From: Candidatus Latescibacterota bacterium | GTDB taxonomy: Bacteria > Latescibacterota > UBA2968 > UBA8231 | Direction: 5' to 3' | Length of the DNA stretch: 64,000 nt | Assembly (NCBI GenBank): GCA_965215195.1 | Contig: CBDCDC010000001.1 | Coordinates: forward strand, 704,001-768,000 | The notes under the pieces: model-generated | Told to the model about the DNA's origin: nothing | What the model saw: the letters and a program-made list of their open reading frames with translations, nothing else | The model's database searches: none | Program-made: the position numbers and the translations under genes | Shown: in pieces, positions 27,995-37,567 of the stretch | Numbering within the stretch: position 1 is the first letter of the stretch | Layout: every line of letters starts with the position of its first letter

Positions 27995-29445
27995 GGCTCT
28001 TGCTCCAGTTCGCCTAACTTGGCCCGGGCGCGCTGGTGATCCGGGGCAAGGGCGAGCACCTTTTGCAAGGCGTGCCGCGCTTGTTCCCGTTGCCCTTGCT
28101 GCACGAGGATCAGGGCCAGCCCGTAGTGCGATTCCGCGTGGTCTGGGTCGAGGGCAATGCTGCGGGCGAAATGGGCGCGGGCATCGCGGTAGCTCGCTTG
28201 GCGGACGTAGGCCAGCCCGAGGGCGTAGTGGGCATCGCGGTGGTCGGGCTTGCGGGCGAGGGCTTGGCGCAGCGCGGCGATGGCCCCGGCAAAGTCGCCG
28301 CTTTTGAACCGCGTGCGGCCCAAGCCATAGGCGGCGGCAAAGGAGTCGGGCTCAAGGGCCAAGGCGCGGGCAAAGTGCGCGTTCGCTTCTTTGAGCACCC
28401 CCTCGTGCAAGTACAGGTCGCCCAGCATGAGGTAGGCGTCGCGGTGGTCGGGATTGCGAGCGAGGACTTGCTCCAGCGCGGCGCGGGCGTCGGCAAAGCG
28501 CTTTTGCTGCGCGTACACAGTGGCCAGACGCAGGCGAATATCGACGGAAGTAGAGTCGCTGGCGCGGGCGCGCTTTAGGGAGTTGATGGCCTTGTCCCAC
28601 GCGCGTTGGCGGATGTAAATGTTGCCCTGATTGAGGTGGCGTTCGGCCGCGCTCAACTGCTGGAAGCGGCCTTGGGCGTTGCGGGCGTCGTCGTCGCGGC
28701 CGCACTCGGCATAGGCTTGGGCCAAAAGGTAGTGGGGAGCCGGGTTGGGCGAGTCGGCATTTGCAGTGCGCTCGAGCACGGGAATGGCCGCTGCGGGTTC
28801 TTTGAGGCGGATGAGCAAGCCGCCCAAGCCGAGGCCGCCTTGGACGTGGTCGGGGTCGCGGGCGAGCAGGTCGGCAAAACCCGCCCGCGCTTGGGCTAAT
28901 TGCTGGTTGCGCGCGAGCAGATCGCTGTGAAAGTAGCGGGCCTCAAGGTGGTCGGGCGCGAGTTCGATGGTGCGTTTGAAGGCCGCGAGCGCGCCCGCAA
29001 AATCGCCGGTGGCGCGGCGCACCTCGCCTAGGTAGAAGTGATATTTGGCGCGCTCGGGCGCGCGTTCGATGGCCTGTTTTAGCTGGGCTGTGGCCTCTAG
29101 ATAGCGGTGCTGGTCGCGCAGCACTGCGGCGAGGGCAAAGTGCGCACCGGGCTGGTCGGGCGCGAGGGCCAAGGCGCGTTTGAAAGATGCGATGGCGGCC
29201 GCGGGTTGGTCGAGCCGAGCGTGGGCTAGCCCCTGCTGAAAATGGGCGGTGCTCGACGAGGAATCGAGCGCCACGGCCTGCGCCAGTGCCGCTAGGGCGC
29301 GTGCGGGTCGATCTTGTTGCAAAAAGAGCGTGCCGCGCTGGAGCAAGCGGCGGGCTTCTTGCGGCTCGGGCTTCGACCTGAGCTCAGCCGAAGGTGGGTC
29401 GGCGCAGGCGAGTGCGCCCAACATCAGCAACAGGTGTGCGGTCAT
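27991..29445 (-). CDS. tetratricopeptide repeat lipoprotein
   Basis: lipobox-like LAC; many 34-aa TPR units. Confidence 0.88.
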   Translation of the reverse strand: MTAHLLLMLGALACADPPSAELRSKPEPQEARRLLQRGTLFLQQDRPARALAALAQAVALDSSSSTAHFQQGLAHARLDQPAAAIASFKRALALAPDQPGAHFALAAVLRDQHRYLEATAQLKQAIERAPERAKYHFYLGEVRRATGDFAGALAAFKRTIELAPDHLEARYFHSDLLARNQQLAQARAGFADLLARDPDHVQGGLGLGGLLIRLKEPAAAIPVLERTANADSPNPAPHYLLAQAYAECGRDDDARNAQGRFQQLSAAERHLNQGNIYIRQRAWDKAINSLKRARASDSTSVDIRLRLATVYAQQKRFADARAALEQVLARNPDHRDAYLMLGDLYLHEGVLKEANAHFARALALEPDSFAAAYGLGRTRFKSGDFAGAIAALRQALARKPDHRDAHYALGLAYVRQASYRDARAHFARSIALDPDHAESHYGLALILVQQGQREQARHALQKVLALAPDHQRARAKLGELEQEP

Positions 29446-29448
29446 CGC

Positions 29449-31086
29449 TCAGGTGCCTTGGACCAGCGAATCCGGCAGGGCGGCTCTGAGGGCGCGCTCG
29501 TCGATCTCGACCCGATTCTGATAGCGCTGGCGCAGGTCTTTGACCAAGCTGGTGAAGGCCGCGTTTTCCCGCTCGCGGCGCAACAGGGCGCGGGCGCGGC
29601 GCTGCACCTGCTCGTACGGCTCGACCCGGCCGGGGTTGCGCCCTTGGACGCGGAAAATGGAGTACCCGTCGCGCACCCGAATCGGCCCGACGAGCTGGCC
29701 GGGTTCGGCCGCGTACATGGCCGGGACTAGGTGCGGATAGAGCTTCTCGTCGCGCGGATGGAAGTGGAAGCGCGCTTGCGCCTGAACGGCTTGGGCGCGT
29801 ACGCTGCGGTCGGCGAGATCGGCAAAACTCGCGCCGGCCGCGAGCTGACTGCTGAGCCACTGGGCCTCGGCCGGGTTGGGCGCGAGCAGCTCTTCGACCT
29901 CGACGGACTCTTCGTGGTAAAACATGTCGGGATGGCTGTCGTAGTAGGCCCACACCTCGGCGTCGGAGAGCATTTCGACGGCCGCGAAGCGCTCGCGCAC
30001 GGCATTGAGCAGCGCGTCTTGGTAGGTCCTCGTGGCCAGCCGTTGGACGTCCGGGTCGTCGTGCAGGCCCTGTTCGCGGGCAGCGCGGCGCTGGAGGAGG
30101 GGCCGCAGCACCAGCCGGTCTAGCGCGGTGTGCATACGCATGCTGTCTTTGAGGCTGCGCTGGGCATTGAGCCGCCGCAGGGCCTTGTACGCGGCCGCGA
30201 CTGTGGCTTGACCTTCGGCAAAGGTGTAGAGCGGTGCGGCGCACGTATCGAGCAGGCTTGTGTCTTCCCGCTGGGCCGCCCTGAGCATGAGTTGCAGCCC
30301 GTCGCGGTCGAGAGCCGCACCGGCCGCGGCGCTGAGCGATTCAAAATGCTCGGCCTCAACTTGGGCCAAGCGCTCCCTGAATAGCTGCTCCTCGATGAGG
30401 GGCCGGTAGCGCTCGTAGGGCGCGTCGCGGTCTTCGGTGAAGCGGACGACGTGATAGCTGCGGCCGGCGCGCAACGGGGCGGATATTTCTCCCAAGGGCA
30501 GGGCATTGAAGACCTCGGCCGGGATGTGCAGACCGGGCGCGGCCTCGCGGCCAATAAAGCCTAACTCGCCGCCCTGTTCAGCCGAGCGCTTGTCGAGCGA
30601 GTGTGTGCGAGCCACCTCGGCAAAAGCTTGGCCGGCTTCTAGCGCGGCCACGGCCGCTTCGATTTCGGCGCGGGTTTTTACCAAGATCGCGCTGAGCTTG
30701 CGCTCGCGGTGGTAGCCCTCTGCGGCAAAGACGCGCCGCACATCCTCTTCGGGCACTTGCACCTGAGCGGTTATGTTGCGCGCCCGATAGAGGGCGATGA
30801 CCCGCGCATCCACGGCTTCGTCCACAGTGCGCTGTACCGAGCGCAGCGTATCCAGCCCGTGGGCCACGGCCTCTTTGAGGATTAGTTGGCGGTCGATGAG
30901 CGATTGCACGTATTGACGCCGGGCCGCGTCGCCGCCTGCGGGGTGGCGCAGGCCCGGAGGCAGCTTTTCCACAAAGGCCCGCAGGCTCGCCGCCGAGATG
31001 GGCACTTGATCGACCCGCGCCACGGGCCGCTCGCCTTCTTGGGCACACCCCCACCAAGCCAACGCCAGCAAAATTCCCATATACAT
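29449..31086 (-). CDS. PpiC/rotamase-domain peptidyl-prolyl isomerase (lipoprotein)
   Basis: FAEVARTHSLD..SAEQGGELGF, GEISAP..YHVVR; second rotamase-like domain. Confidence 0.8.
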   Translation of the reverse strand: MYMGILLALAWWGCAQEGERPVARVDQVPISAASLRAFVEKLPPGLRHPAGGDAARRQYVQSLIDRQLILKEAVAHGLDTLRSVQRTVDEAVDARVIALYRARNITAQVQVPEEDVRRVFAAEGYHRERKLSAILVKTRAEIEAAVAALEAGQAFAEVARTHSLDKRSAEQGGELGFIGREAAPGLHIPAEVFNALPLGEISAPLRAGRSYHVVRFTEDRDAPYERYRPLIEEQLFRERLAQVEAEHFESLSAAAGAALDRDGLQLMLRAAQREDTSLLDTCAAPLYTFAEGQATVAAAYKALRRLNAQRSLKDSMRMHTALDRLVLRPLLQRRAAREQGLHDDPDVQRLATRTYQDALLNAVRERFAAVEMLSDAEVWAYYDSHPDMFYHEESVEVEELLAPNPAEAQWLSSQLAAGASFADLADRSVRAQAVQAQARFHFHPRDEKLYPHLVPAMYAAEPGQLVGPIRVRDGYSIFRVQGRNPGRVEPYEQVQRRARALLRRERENAAFTSLVKDLRQRYQNRVEIDERALRAALPDSLVQGT

Positions 31087-31107
31087 TGTATCTCTCCCGT
31101 TAAATTC

Positions 31108-33057
31108 CTAATACACCGGCGTCCGATTCCCCACCATGCCGGTAAAACCATCCACCACCAGCCACAGGCCGGCCGCGACGAACTGGCCGAGCACGACTCC
31201 GATGAAGAAGGGGCGGGTCAGGAGGTAGGTGCGGGGGCCGCCGTACTTGAGGACGGTGATCTTGATGAGCCAAGCCAAAAAGATCGAAAACCAAATGCTG
31301 TTCATCACCCAGCCAGTGCTCACGGCAAAGCCGAGCGGGTGAAAGGGCCACCACACGAAGAAGTGGCGGACGGTCATCAAGCCGCCCATGATTAGGGCAC
31401 CGAAACCCGTCCACAGCCACCCGGCGAGGCTCGGCCCGGTGGGGTTGGCCAGCTTTTGCGCGGCAAAGTCCGAGGGGTAGGCGGCAAAGCCGGTGAAGTA
31501 TTGGGGATGCAGGTTGAGCGCACCGTCGCGGTACGCGAGGTAGAGCATGAACCAGCAGGAGACCACCAGACTGATGAGCATGGCCGCGACAAGGGCCCAA
31601 AAGAGCGGCCGGCGGGTGCCGTTGATCGCGCTGCCCAAGCGCAGGCTGTTGGCGAGGGGCGCAGTCATAAAGACCAGCAGGTCACCCGTCCAGACGAAGG
31701 TGTAGCCCGTGGCGACCATGCCCGGTGCGCCGAGGGCGGGGACCCCAACGCCAGAGACGACAAAGCCGGCCGGGACCATTTCTGGGGTTACGGTGGGCAT
31801 GCCCGCTTCGGCGATGACGCGCGCTAGGCCGATGAATATGACCAGCGACGAGAACAGGAAGAAGGGCACGATCCAAGCCGGGATCCCGCTCTTCCACAGC
31901 CAGAAGCCCATTGTGCAGACGCCGCCGCCGAAGAGCCAAAACGCGGCCCGATAGGAGAGGATCTCCGCAGAGTCGTCGATCTGGTCGTCGCCCCACAGGG
32001 CCTTGCGCCAGACGTTTTTGAGGTGGGGCCGCGCCGTCCACAGCCCGTAGAACACCAAGACGATGAGTGCGCCCATCATCTGATGCGCCATGATCGCGCC
32101 CACCGGCCCAGAGCCGGTCCAAGGTCCCAGCTCTTCGGGGCTGAAGATGCCGATGTAACTGAAGATGCTTTCTTGTATTACGTGGAGCAGGTAGAAAAAC
32201 CACAGGCTGAAGGCGATATTGGAGTTGATGAAGTAGGCAAAGCCGAACATCAGGAAGTTGATGCGGATGTTGAGCGAGGCCGTGCGGTTGAAAAGCTCAA
32301 CGCTGGTCTGGAGGTTGAGGGAAGGGACGAAGTTGAAGTAGTGGTGCAGGGCGTTGGTGCTGTTGAGCAAGAAGGGCAGCAGCAAGCCGCACCACATGAT
32401 GGGGTTGCGGAAAAAGGGTTTGAGGATTTTTTGCTCGCCGTCGCCGTCTTGTATCATGGCGAGGGGGACTTGGGCGAGCGGAAAAACGAGTCGCTCGTTG
32501 TCAACCCATTGACGGCGCAAGATGGATATGGCTGCGATAATGGCTGCGTAAAACCCGGCGTAGAATGCAAACCAGCGCCCGAGGGGCTTAAGCCAGACCT
32601 CATAGGGAATGGCCGAGCCCTTCGTGCCCTCGTAAAATGCCTTTACCGCGGCCGGGTCGTACACCACCATCCAATCCGAGAGAAACGGGTGGACTAAGTC
32701 GGCCCATTGGTTTTCGGGAGTGGCGTAGTAGAAGGTGCCGGTGATCATGGGCAGCAGCATTCCCACCACGCCGCGCGTGGGGATGGCTGTGGCAACGGCC
32801 ATCATGGCGAAGATGACGACCAGCTCGCCGCGCCGAAAACCCCAGCGTCCCAAGGCGATTTGGAGCGTCAGTAGCAGGACGAACAGCAGGAAGAAGGCCG
32901 CTGGCGTGGCCGAACTCAGCCCGAGACGCGAGCCTTGCACGACCATGCTGCCGTAGGGAATGCCGACGGCAATGACCAAGCTCAGGGCGGCACCGACGAG
33001 GATGCTCCGGCCCGTAATGGCGGCCGGTGCATTATCAGATGGGGCGATGTCAGCCAT
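31108..33057 (-). CDS. DUF6785/DUF6784 polytopic membrane protein (putative peptide transporter)
   Basis: RRQWVDNERLVFPL, WWPFHPLG, LKYGG, RPFFIG. Confidence 0.75.
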   Translation of the reverse strand: MADIAPSDNAPAAITGRSILVGAALSLVIAVGIPYGSMVVQGSRLGLSSATPAAFFLLFVLLLTLQIALGRWGFRRGELVVIFAMMAVATAIPTRGVVGMLLPMITGTFYYATPENQWADLVHPFLSDWMVVYDPAAVKAFYEGTKGSAIPYEVWLKPLGRWFAFYAGFYAAIIAAISILRRQWVDNERLVFPLAQVPLAMIQDGDGEQKILKPFFRNPIMWCGLLLPFLLNSTNALHHYFNFVPSLNLQTSVELFNRTASLNIRINFLMFGFAYFINSNIAFSLWFFYLLHVIQESIFSYIGIFSPEELGPWTGSGPVGAIMAHQMMGALIVLVFYGLWTARPHLKNVWRKALWGDDQIDDSAEILSYRAAFWLFGGGVCTMGFWLWKSGIPAWIVPFFLFSSLVIFIGLARVIAEAGMPTVTPEMVPAGFVVSGVGVPALGAPGMVATGYTFVWTGDLLVFMTAPLANSLRLGSAINGTRRPLFWALVAAMLISLVVSCWFMLYLAYRDGALNLHPQYFTGFAAYPSDFAAQKLANPTGPSLAGWLWTGFGALIMGGLMTVRHFFVWWPFHPLGFAVSTGWVMNSIWFSIFLAWLIKITVLKYGGPRTYLLTRPFFIGVVLGQFVAAGLWLVVDGFTGMVGNRTPVY

Positions 33058-33074
33058 GTCTTTTAACGAATAGT

Positions 33075-33198
33075 CTAAGTACGCGACAGTAGGGGCCTTA
33101 ACCTCGGATCGAGGGCATCTTGCCCTCGTCGAGGGCGTCCCGCCCTCGATCCCGGACTCATCGCCCATTGACGACAAGTTATTGGTGTCGTGTACTTA
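33075..33198. mobile_element. MITE, family A
   Basis: IRs CTAAGTACGCGACA / GTGTCGTGTACTTA; flanks ACGAATAGT/ACGAATAAT; core shared with the 55875 copy. Confidence 0.7.
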
Positions 33199-33212
33199 AC
33201 GAATAATTATTG

Positions 33213-34742
33213 ATGAACGCGACAAACAAAGCAAAAACGGCAAGCAGGGCAAAGGGGCGGGTCGTCTCCTTGGCGATTGGTTTGTCGCTCGTCGCGCTCT
33301 TTGAGGCGGCCTTGTGGCTGGTGGGCGTTGGCCCGGACGACGCTCTTTTTGCGGCCAGCGGCTCGTCCTACCGCATCAACCCGCAGGCTGCGCGGCGCTT
33401 CTTCCCCCGCCAGTACGTGCGCTTGGCCCCTGGCCAAGATCGCTTTGCCCGCGCCAAAGACGCACGTGCGTTTCGCGTGTTTGCGCTGGGGGCTTCAACC
33501 CTGCTCGGCTTCCCCAACCCGGCCTATACCTCGTTCCCCAACTTCTTGCAGCAGATGCTCGCCGATGCCTATCCAGCGCGCGCGATCGAGGTCGTCAACT
33601 GCGGCGTCACCGCCATCAATTCCTTTGTCTTGCGCGAATTTGTCGCGGACGTGGCCGAGCACGAGCCGGATCTGGTCGTGATCTACGCCGGCCACAACGA
33701 GTTCGTGGGGCCGTACGGGGCCGCGACCCCGTTTGCGCGCCTGAGCGGCCACTGGTCCTTCATACAGTTGCAGATGCTCTTGCAGCGGACCAAGACCTAC
33801 TACGTGCTCGAAAGCCTGCTGCACGCGCTGCGCCCGGCCGCATCCGCCGAGTCCTTTGGCGTCCACTTGGTGCAGCGCGAGATCTACTTGGGGGACAAAG
33901 CGCACCAGCAGACCGAGGCTCATTACCAGCGCAATATGGCCGAGATCGTCGAGGTGCTGAGCGAGCGCGAGGTGCCGGTCGCGCTCTGTACGCTGGTTTC
34001 CAATTTGGCCGGATTCTATCCTTTGCGCTCGCAGGGGCCGGTCCCGCCGGCGGACGCAGTGCTGGCGGATTATCCGCAGCACGCGGCCCTGCACTTTGCC
34101 GCGGGCTTGGCGCACCAAGCGGCCGGGGATTCCGCGCGGGCACTGGCCGCGTTTGTGCGCGCCCGCGATTTAGACGGCATTCACCTGCGGGCCTGCTCGC
34201 CCTTCAACCGCGCCATTCGCGCCTTGGCCGCTGAGTCGGGTGCGTTCTTGATCGACGTGGAGCGGGCGTTTGCCGCCCATGCGCCGGCTGGTTTGGTCGG
34301 CGACGCGCTCATCACCGAGTATTTGCACCCCACGGTCTGGGGCCACTACCTGATCGCGCAGACCATAATGACGGCCCTGTTTGCTCGGGAGGATGTGCTG
34401 GGTTTGACAGGGGGCCGCGCGGATGCTTTGGACGATTTTGCCGGCTATTGCGGCCGCTTGGGCTATGGAGTCCGCGAGCGCGTCCTAGCGCGCAACGACC
34501 TAATCCTGCTGCTCAAGAACATGCCGTACGCCGAGCGGCCGCCGATCTTAGAGCAGCGACTCGCGCACTTAGTCGGCGAGCAGCTAGCCGACCTGCCCAA
34601 GCTGAGTTACGCGCAGATTGCGGATTTTGCCCGTCGCGGCGGCGTTAATTTCCTAGCAGCCGTCATCGCCGACCTCGCCGACCCTCAGCCGCTAACGGAC
34701 GCGCTAGATGAGTTGGTTGGGCCGTTGGGGTTAGCTCCCTAG
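33213..34742 (+). CDS. membrane-anchored SGNH/GDSL hydrolase-like protein
   Basis: FALGAST, EVVNCG, YAGHNE, EYLHP. Confidence 0.75.
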   Translation: MNATNKAKTASRAKGRVVSLAIGLSLVALFEAALWLVGVGPDDALFAASGSSYRINPQAARRFFPRQYVRLAPGQDRFARAKDARAFRVFALGASTLLGFPNPAYTSFPNFLQQMLADAYPARAIEVVNCGVTAINSFVLREFVADVAEHEPDLVVIYAGHNEFVGPYGAATPFARLSGHWSFIQLQMLLQRTKTYYVLESLLHALRPAASAESFGVHLVQREIYLGDKAHQQTEAHYQRNMAEIVEVLSEREVPVALCTLVSNLAGFYPLRSQGPVPPADAVLADYPQHAALHFAAGLAHQAAGDSARALAAFVRARDLDGIHLRACSPFNRAIRALAAESGAFLIDVERAFAAHAPAGLVGDALITEYLHPTVWGHYLIAQTIMTALFAREDVLGLTGGRADALDDFAGYCGRLGYGVRERVLARNDLILLLKNMPYAERPPILEQRLAHLVGEQLADLPKLSYAQIADFARRGGVNFLAAVIADLADPQPLTDALDELVGPLGLAP

Positions 34743-34827
34743 TTGAGCAGGGCTTCGCCGTAGGCGAAGAGGAGCTTGACAACGCGCTAACACAAGGAAT
34801 TATTGCCATAGACTTGGGAGGTTTCCA

Positions 34828-35238
34828 ATGATAAAGAACGAAAGACAGTATCGGCTTACCAAAGCACAGGCAAACCGGTTTTCGCAGACCTTGCAAAGTC
34901 TCGGCGAGGCCGACGGAGTGCATCCGCTTCTTGTCAAGGCGCAGCGCGAGGCCCTAAGCAGCCAGATCGCCGACCTAGAAGAAGAGTTGCGCGAATATGA
35001 ATTTCTAAAGGCCGGCCTGTTTCAACCCGATCAGCTTAAGACCGTTGCCGAGCTGCCGACCCTTCTAATCAAGGCGCGGATCGCCCGAGGACTGAGCCAA
35101 AAAGAGCTGGCTGAACGCCTCGGACTCAAGGAGCAACAAATACAGCGGTACGAGGCCACGGACTATGCCTCGGCCCGGCTCGCTCGAATCAAGGAAGTCG
35201 TCGGGGCCTTGGGCATTGAGGAATGTTCTGGGATGTAA
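34828..35238 (+). CDS. XRE-family HTH protein (antitoxin-like)
   Basis: MIKNERQY; LIKARIARGLSQKELAERLGLKEQQIQRYE. Confidence 0.88.
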   Translation: MIKNERQYRLTKAQANRFSQTLQSLGEADGVHPLLVKAQREALSSQIADLEEELREYEFLKAGLFQPDQLKTVAELPTLLIKARIARGLSQKELAERLGLKEQQIQRYEATDYASARLARIKEVVGALGIEECSGM

Positions 35239-35252
35239 ATGAGGAGAGAGAC

Positions 35253-35381
35253 ATGGCAAATCCCCAACACCTAGAATGGCTAAAAGAAGGCGTTGAGGCA
35301 TGGAACAGAAGACGCGAGCGAGAAGATTTTCAGCTAGGCTATAAGGCCGACCTATTTATAATGAGCGAATGGTTGGTTTAG
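35253..35381 (+). pseudogene. N-terminal stub of a pentapeptide-repeat protein
   Basis: GAGGAG RBS; MANPQHLEWLKEGVEAWNRRR leader with no repeats following. Confidence 0.6.
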
Positions 35382-36214
35382 TACCCTTCCGTGAAGGCTA
35401 TCTGCCATTCACCGTCAGCTACGATATAAAAGAAGTACTCCTTGCCGGGTTTGATTTCGGTTTGATATTCCTCGACACGGAACTGGCCTTCTTCTTCAAA
35501 TAGAGTGCATTGGTGGGTTCCATCGGTACTGTAGGCGTAGGCGTAAAACCAGTCACGACCTCTGTGGTGGATGTTGGTAAGCACTGGTCTGGAACCGGAT
35601 TCACCGGGGCCTACGACATAGAGTCCTGCATCGCTGCTTTGAGCGAAGGTGTCATCCTCACCTACTAAGGGTAATGACTGTCCTATATTAGGCTGGATAA
35701 ATCTGCAACTCCACCTGTCCCTAGACGTTACTTGTATTATATATGTGCCCGGTGGAAGGGCATTTTCGTTGTTTTTATTGACTTGTGCGATGCTATATGT
35801 GTTAAGTTTCCCATTGTAATCGACAGGTGTCCATACGATAGGCTGGCTTTCAGCTTCATCAGATGCGGCTGCTCCCGCAAAAAGTCCGGCCCCTCCTCCT
35901 ATCAATGCTCCAGCTATTGTACCTACAACAGGTATAATACTACCTATGGCGGCTCCAGCGGCGGCTCCAGCGGCACCGCCGCCAATCGAAGAATCCGTGG
36001 TGGAATTTTCTCCTTGGATGAAATGTTCGGTAGAGACAAACTCTAGTCTAAAGTCGCCGTGGCCGTGATGTTCTATTGCTGCAATTACGACTCCTGGGGT
36101 CAAAGTGAATTCTTGGCTGACTTGAACCATGCCTTCTTGTATCTCACTATCTGTGAGGCCGGTGCCGTGCCAGTTTCCCTGATCGCCCCACAGGTTAAAC
36201 GGATATTCACTCAT
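35378..36214 (-). CDS. hypothetical protein with glycine zipper and duplicated beta domain
   Basis: AAGGAG RBS; GAAAGAAIGSIIPVVGTIAGALIGG; HHGHGDF..W / HRGRDWF..W pseudo-repeat. Confidence 0.7.
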   Translation of the reverse strand: MSEYPFNLWGDQGNWHGTGLTDSEIQEGMVQVSQEFTLTPGVVIAAIEHHGHGDFRLEFVSTEHFIQGENSTTDSSIGGGAAGAAAGAAIGSIIPVVGTIAGALIGGGAGLFAGAAASDEAESQPIVWTPVDYNGKLNTYSIAQVNKNNENALPPGTYIIQVTSRDRWSCRFIQPNIGQSLPLVGEDDTFAQSSDAGLYVVGPGESGSRPVLTNIHHRGRDWFYAYAYSTDGTHQCTLFEEEGQFRVEEYQTEIKPGKEYFFYIVADGEWQIAFTEGY

Positions 36215-36242
36215 TGTGGTAATCTCCTTGATTTGTTTGGGA

Positions 36243-37445
36243 TTAGGCTGCTGCAATTCGGTTTGCTTCCCACCGCATCAACGCCGATTTGCCGGTTTCG
36301 TAGGCGAATCTAGTGTGGCAGCGTGGGCTGCAAAAGTAAGTGCCCACCAAGTTGAGTGGATGGGGTAGGTCGTATGCACTTGATTCGCTTGCTTCCAAGA
36401 TGCGTTTGAGAGCGTTGAAGCCATATAGGGCGAGTCCTATGGGCATCAAAATTGGGGCGAGAGTGGCGATGATAGGGCCGGCACCCGCACCAACTGCGAT
36501 GGTCACGCCGACGCCGACTATTGCAGCAGATCCTGCATGTATGGCTATGGACTTCGCAGCGTCCTTGACGGCTTGTTCCCCGGTCTTATGGCCCTTCTGG
36601 TAGTGGATGTAGTTCTCTATGCTGGCGACAGGGGCTTCCAGTAATCCGGCTAATAGTCCTGATGTCGCGGCGGCCGTGGCGCATTCTCGCATTACGATTG
36701 TCGATGCGTCGAAGGCATTGTTAGCTTGGGCTGTAAACTGCTCCCAGCCATTCATGTCAGCATTGCCGCGAGCACGGTTGATACTGGCGTTTTCCCACAG
36801 GATGTTGCCGGTGTCAGTGGCTAGGTGGGGAGCGTTTTCTACAGAACGGATATGGCTGGCGTCCTTGCCTTGAAGGAACTGATCTACGGTGTTTTCGCCG
36901 TAGTTGCGGACGAACGAGGGCACCGATTCCTGATACAGAGCCTGAGCTTCGACAGCGGATCTGGTTCCATGTTCCGGGCGCAAGCCAGCATCCTGAAACT
37001 TCCTTTGCAGGCTGTCGGTGAGATTAGCGAAGGAGCCATCGGGTATGCCGCGTATGATAGTACCAGCTGAGGCCGCAGCGGCTAGGCCGGCAACGTCGGA
37101 TTTGGCCAGTATCCCGCTGTGGCTGTCCTCAGTCTGATTCGGCCAATCATAGTAAATTTCCACTCCAGCTTTTTCACCCGCTCCAATCCGCCGGCCGCAG
37201 CGGGCGCAGGGCAGGCTGCGCGGCGTGTTGCCGATATTTCTGCCGGAATCGAGATGGCGAACGTAGCAGGCGTGTTTGCCGTGCCGCCAGCATTCGGGGC
37301 AGCCGATGCAGTAGTTTTTGAAATCGCTGCGGCTGACGCCGGCCGGAGTTTCCTCGGGCAACTCGGACAGGCACAACCGGCCGGGGTGAATGGTGTGCCG
37401 GCATTCCGTACAGCGCAGGCCGGGTTCGGCAATCATGGGCCACAT
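36243..37445 (-). CDS. hypothetical protein: Cys-rich Zn fingers + HNH-like motif + hydrophobic helices
   Basis: CTEC, CIGCPEC, CARC; DASHI...NI..E...NRARG; YFCSPRC. Confidence 0.7.
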   Translation of the reverse strand: MWPMIAEPGLRCTECRHTIHPGRLCLSELPEETPAGVSRSDFKNYCIGCPECWRHGKHACYVRHLDSGRNIGNTPRSLPCARCGRRIGAGEKAGVEIYYDWPNQTEDSHSGILAKSDVAGLAAAASAGTIIRGIPDGSFANLTDSLQRKFQDAGLRPEHGTRSAVEAQALYQESVPSFVRNYGENTVDQFLQGKDASHIRSVENAPHLATDTGNILWENASINRARGNADMNGWEQFTAQANNAFDASTIVMRECATAAATSGLLAGLLEAPVASIENYIHYQKGHKTGEQAVKDAAKSIAIHAGSAAIVGVGVTIAVGAGAGPIIATLAPILMPIGLALYGFNALKRILEASESSAYDLPHPLNLVGTYFCSPRCHTRFAYETGKSALMRWEANRIAAA

Positions 37446-37567
37446 GGGGATCCTCGTTGGAGATGAGTGGGTTTTGCGCCGCCAAAGTAGAAAATCCGCC
37501 CGTATACGTCAAACATCTAAAGCGGATTCAAGCGTTTTCGTTTATTCCTCGTCAGCACGGCCCAATG

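Noticed and set aside
33058-33177. N-terminal extension of the DUF6785 ORF
   Set aside because: Lies within MITE sequence
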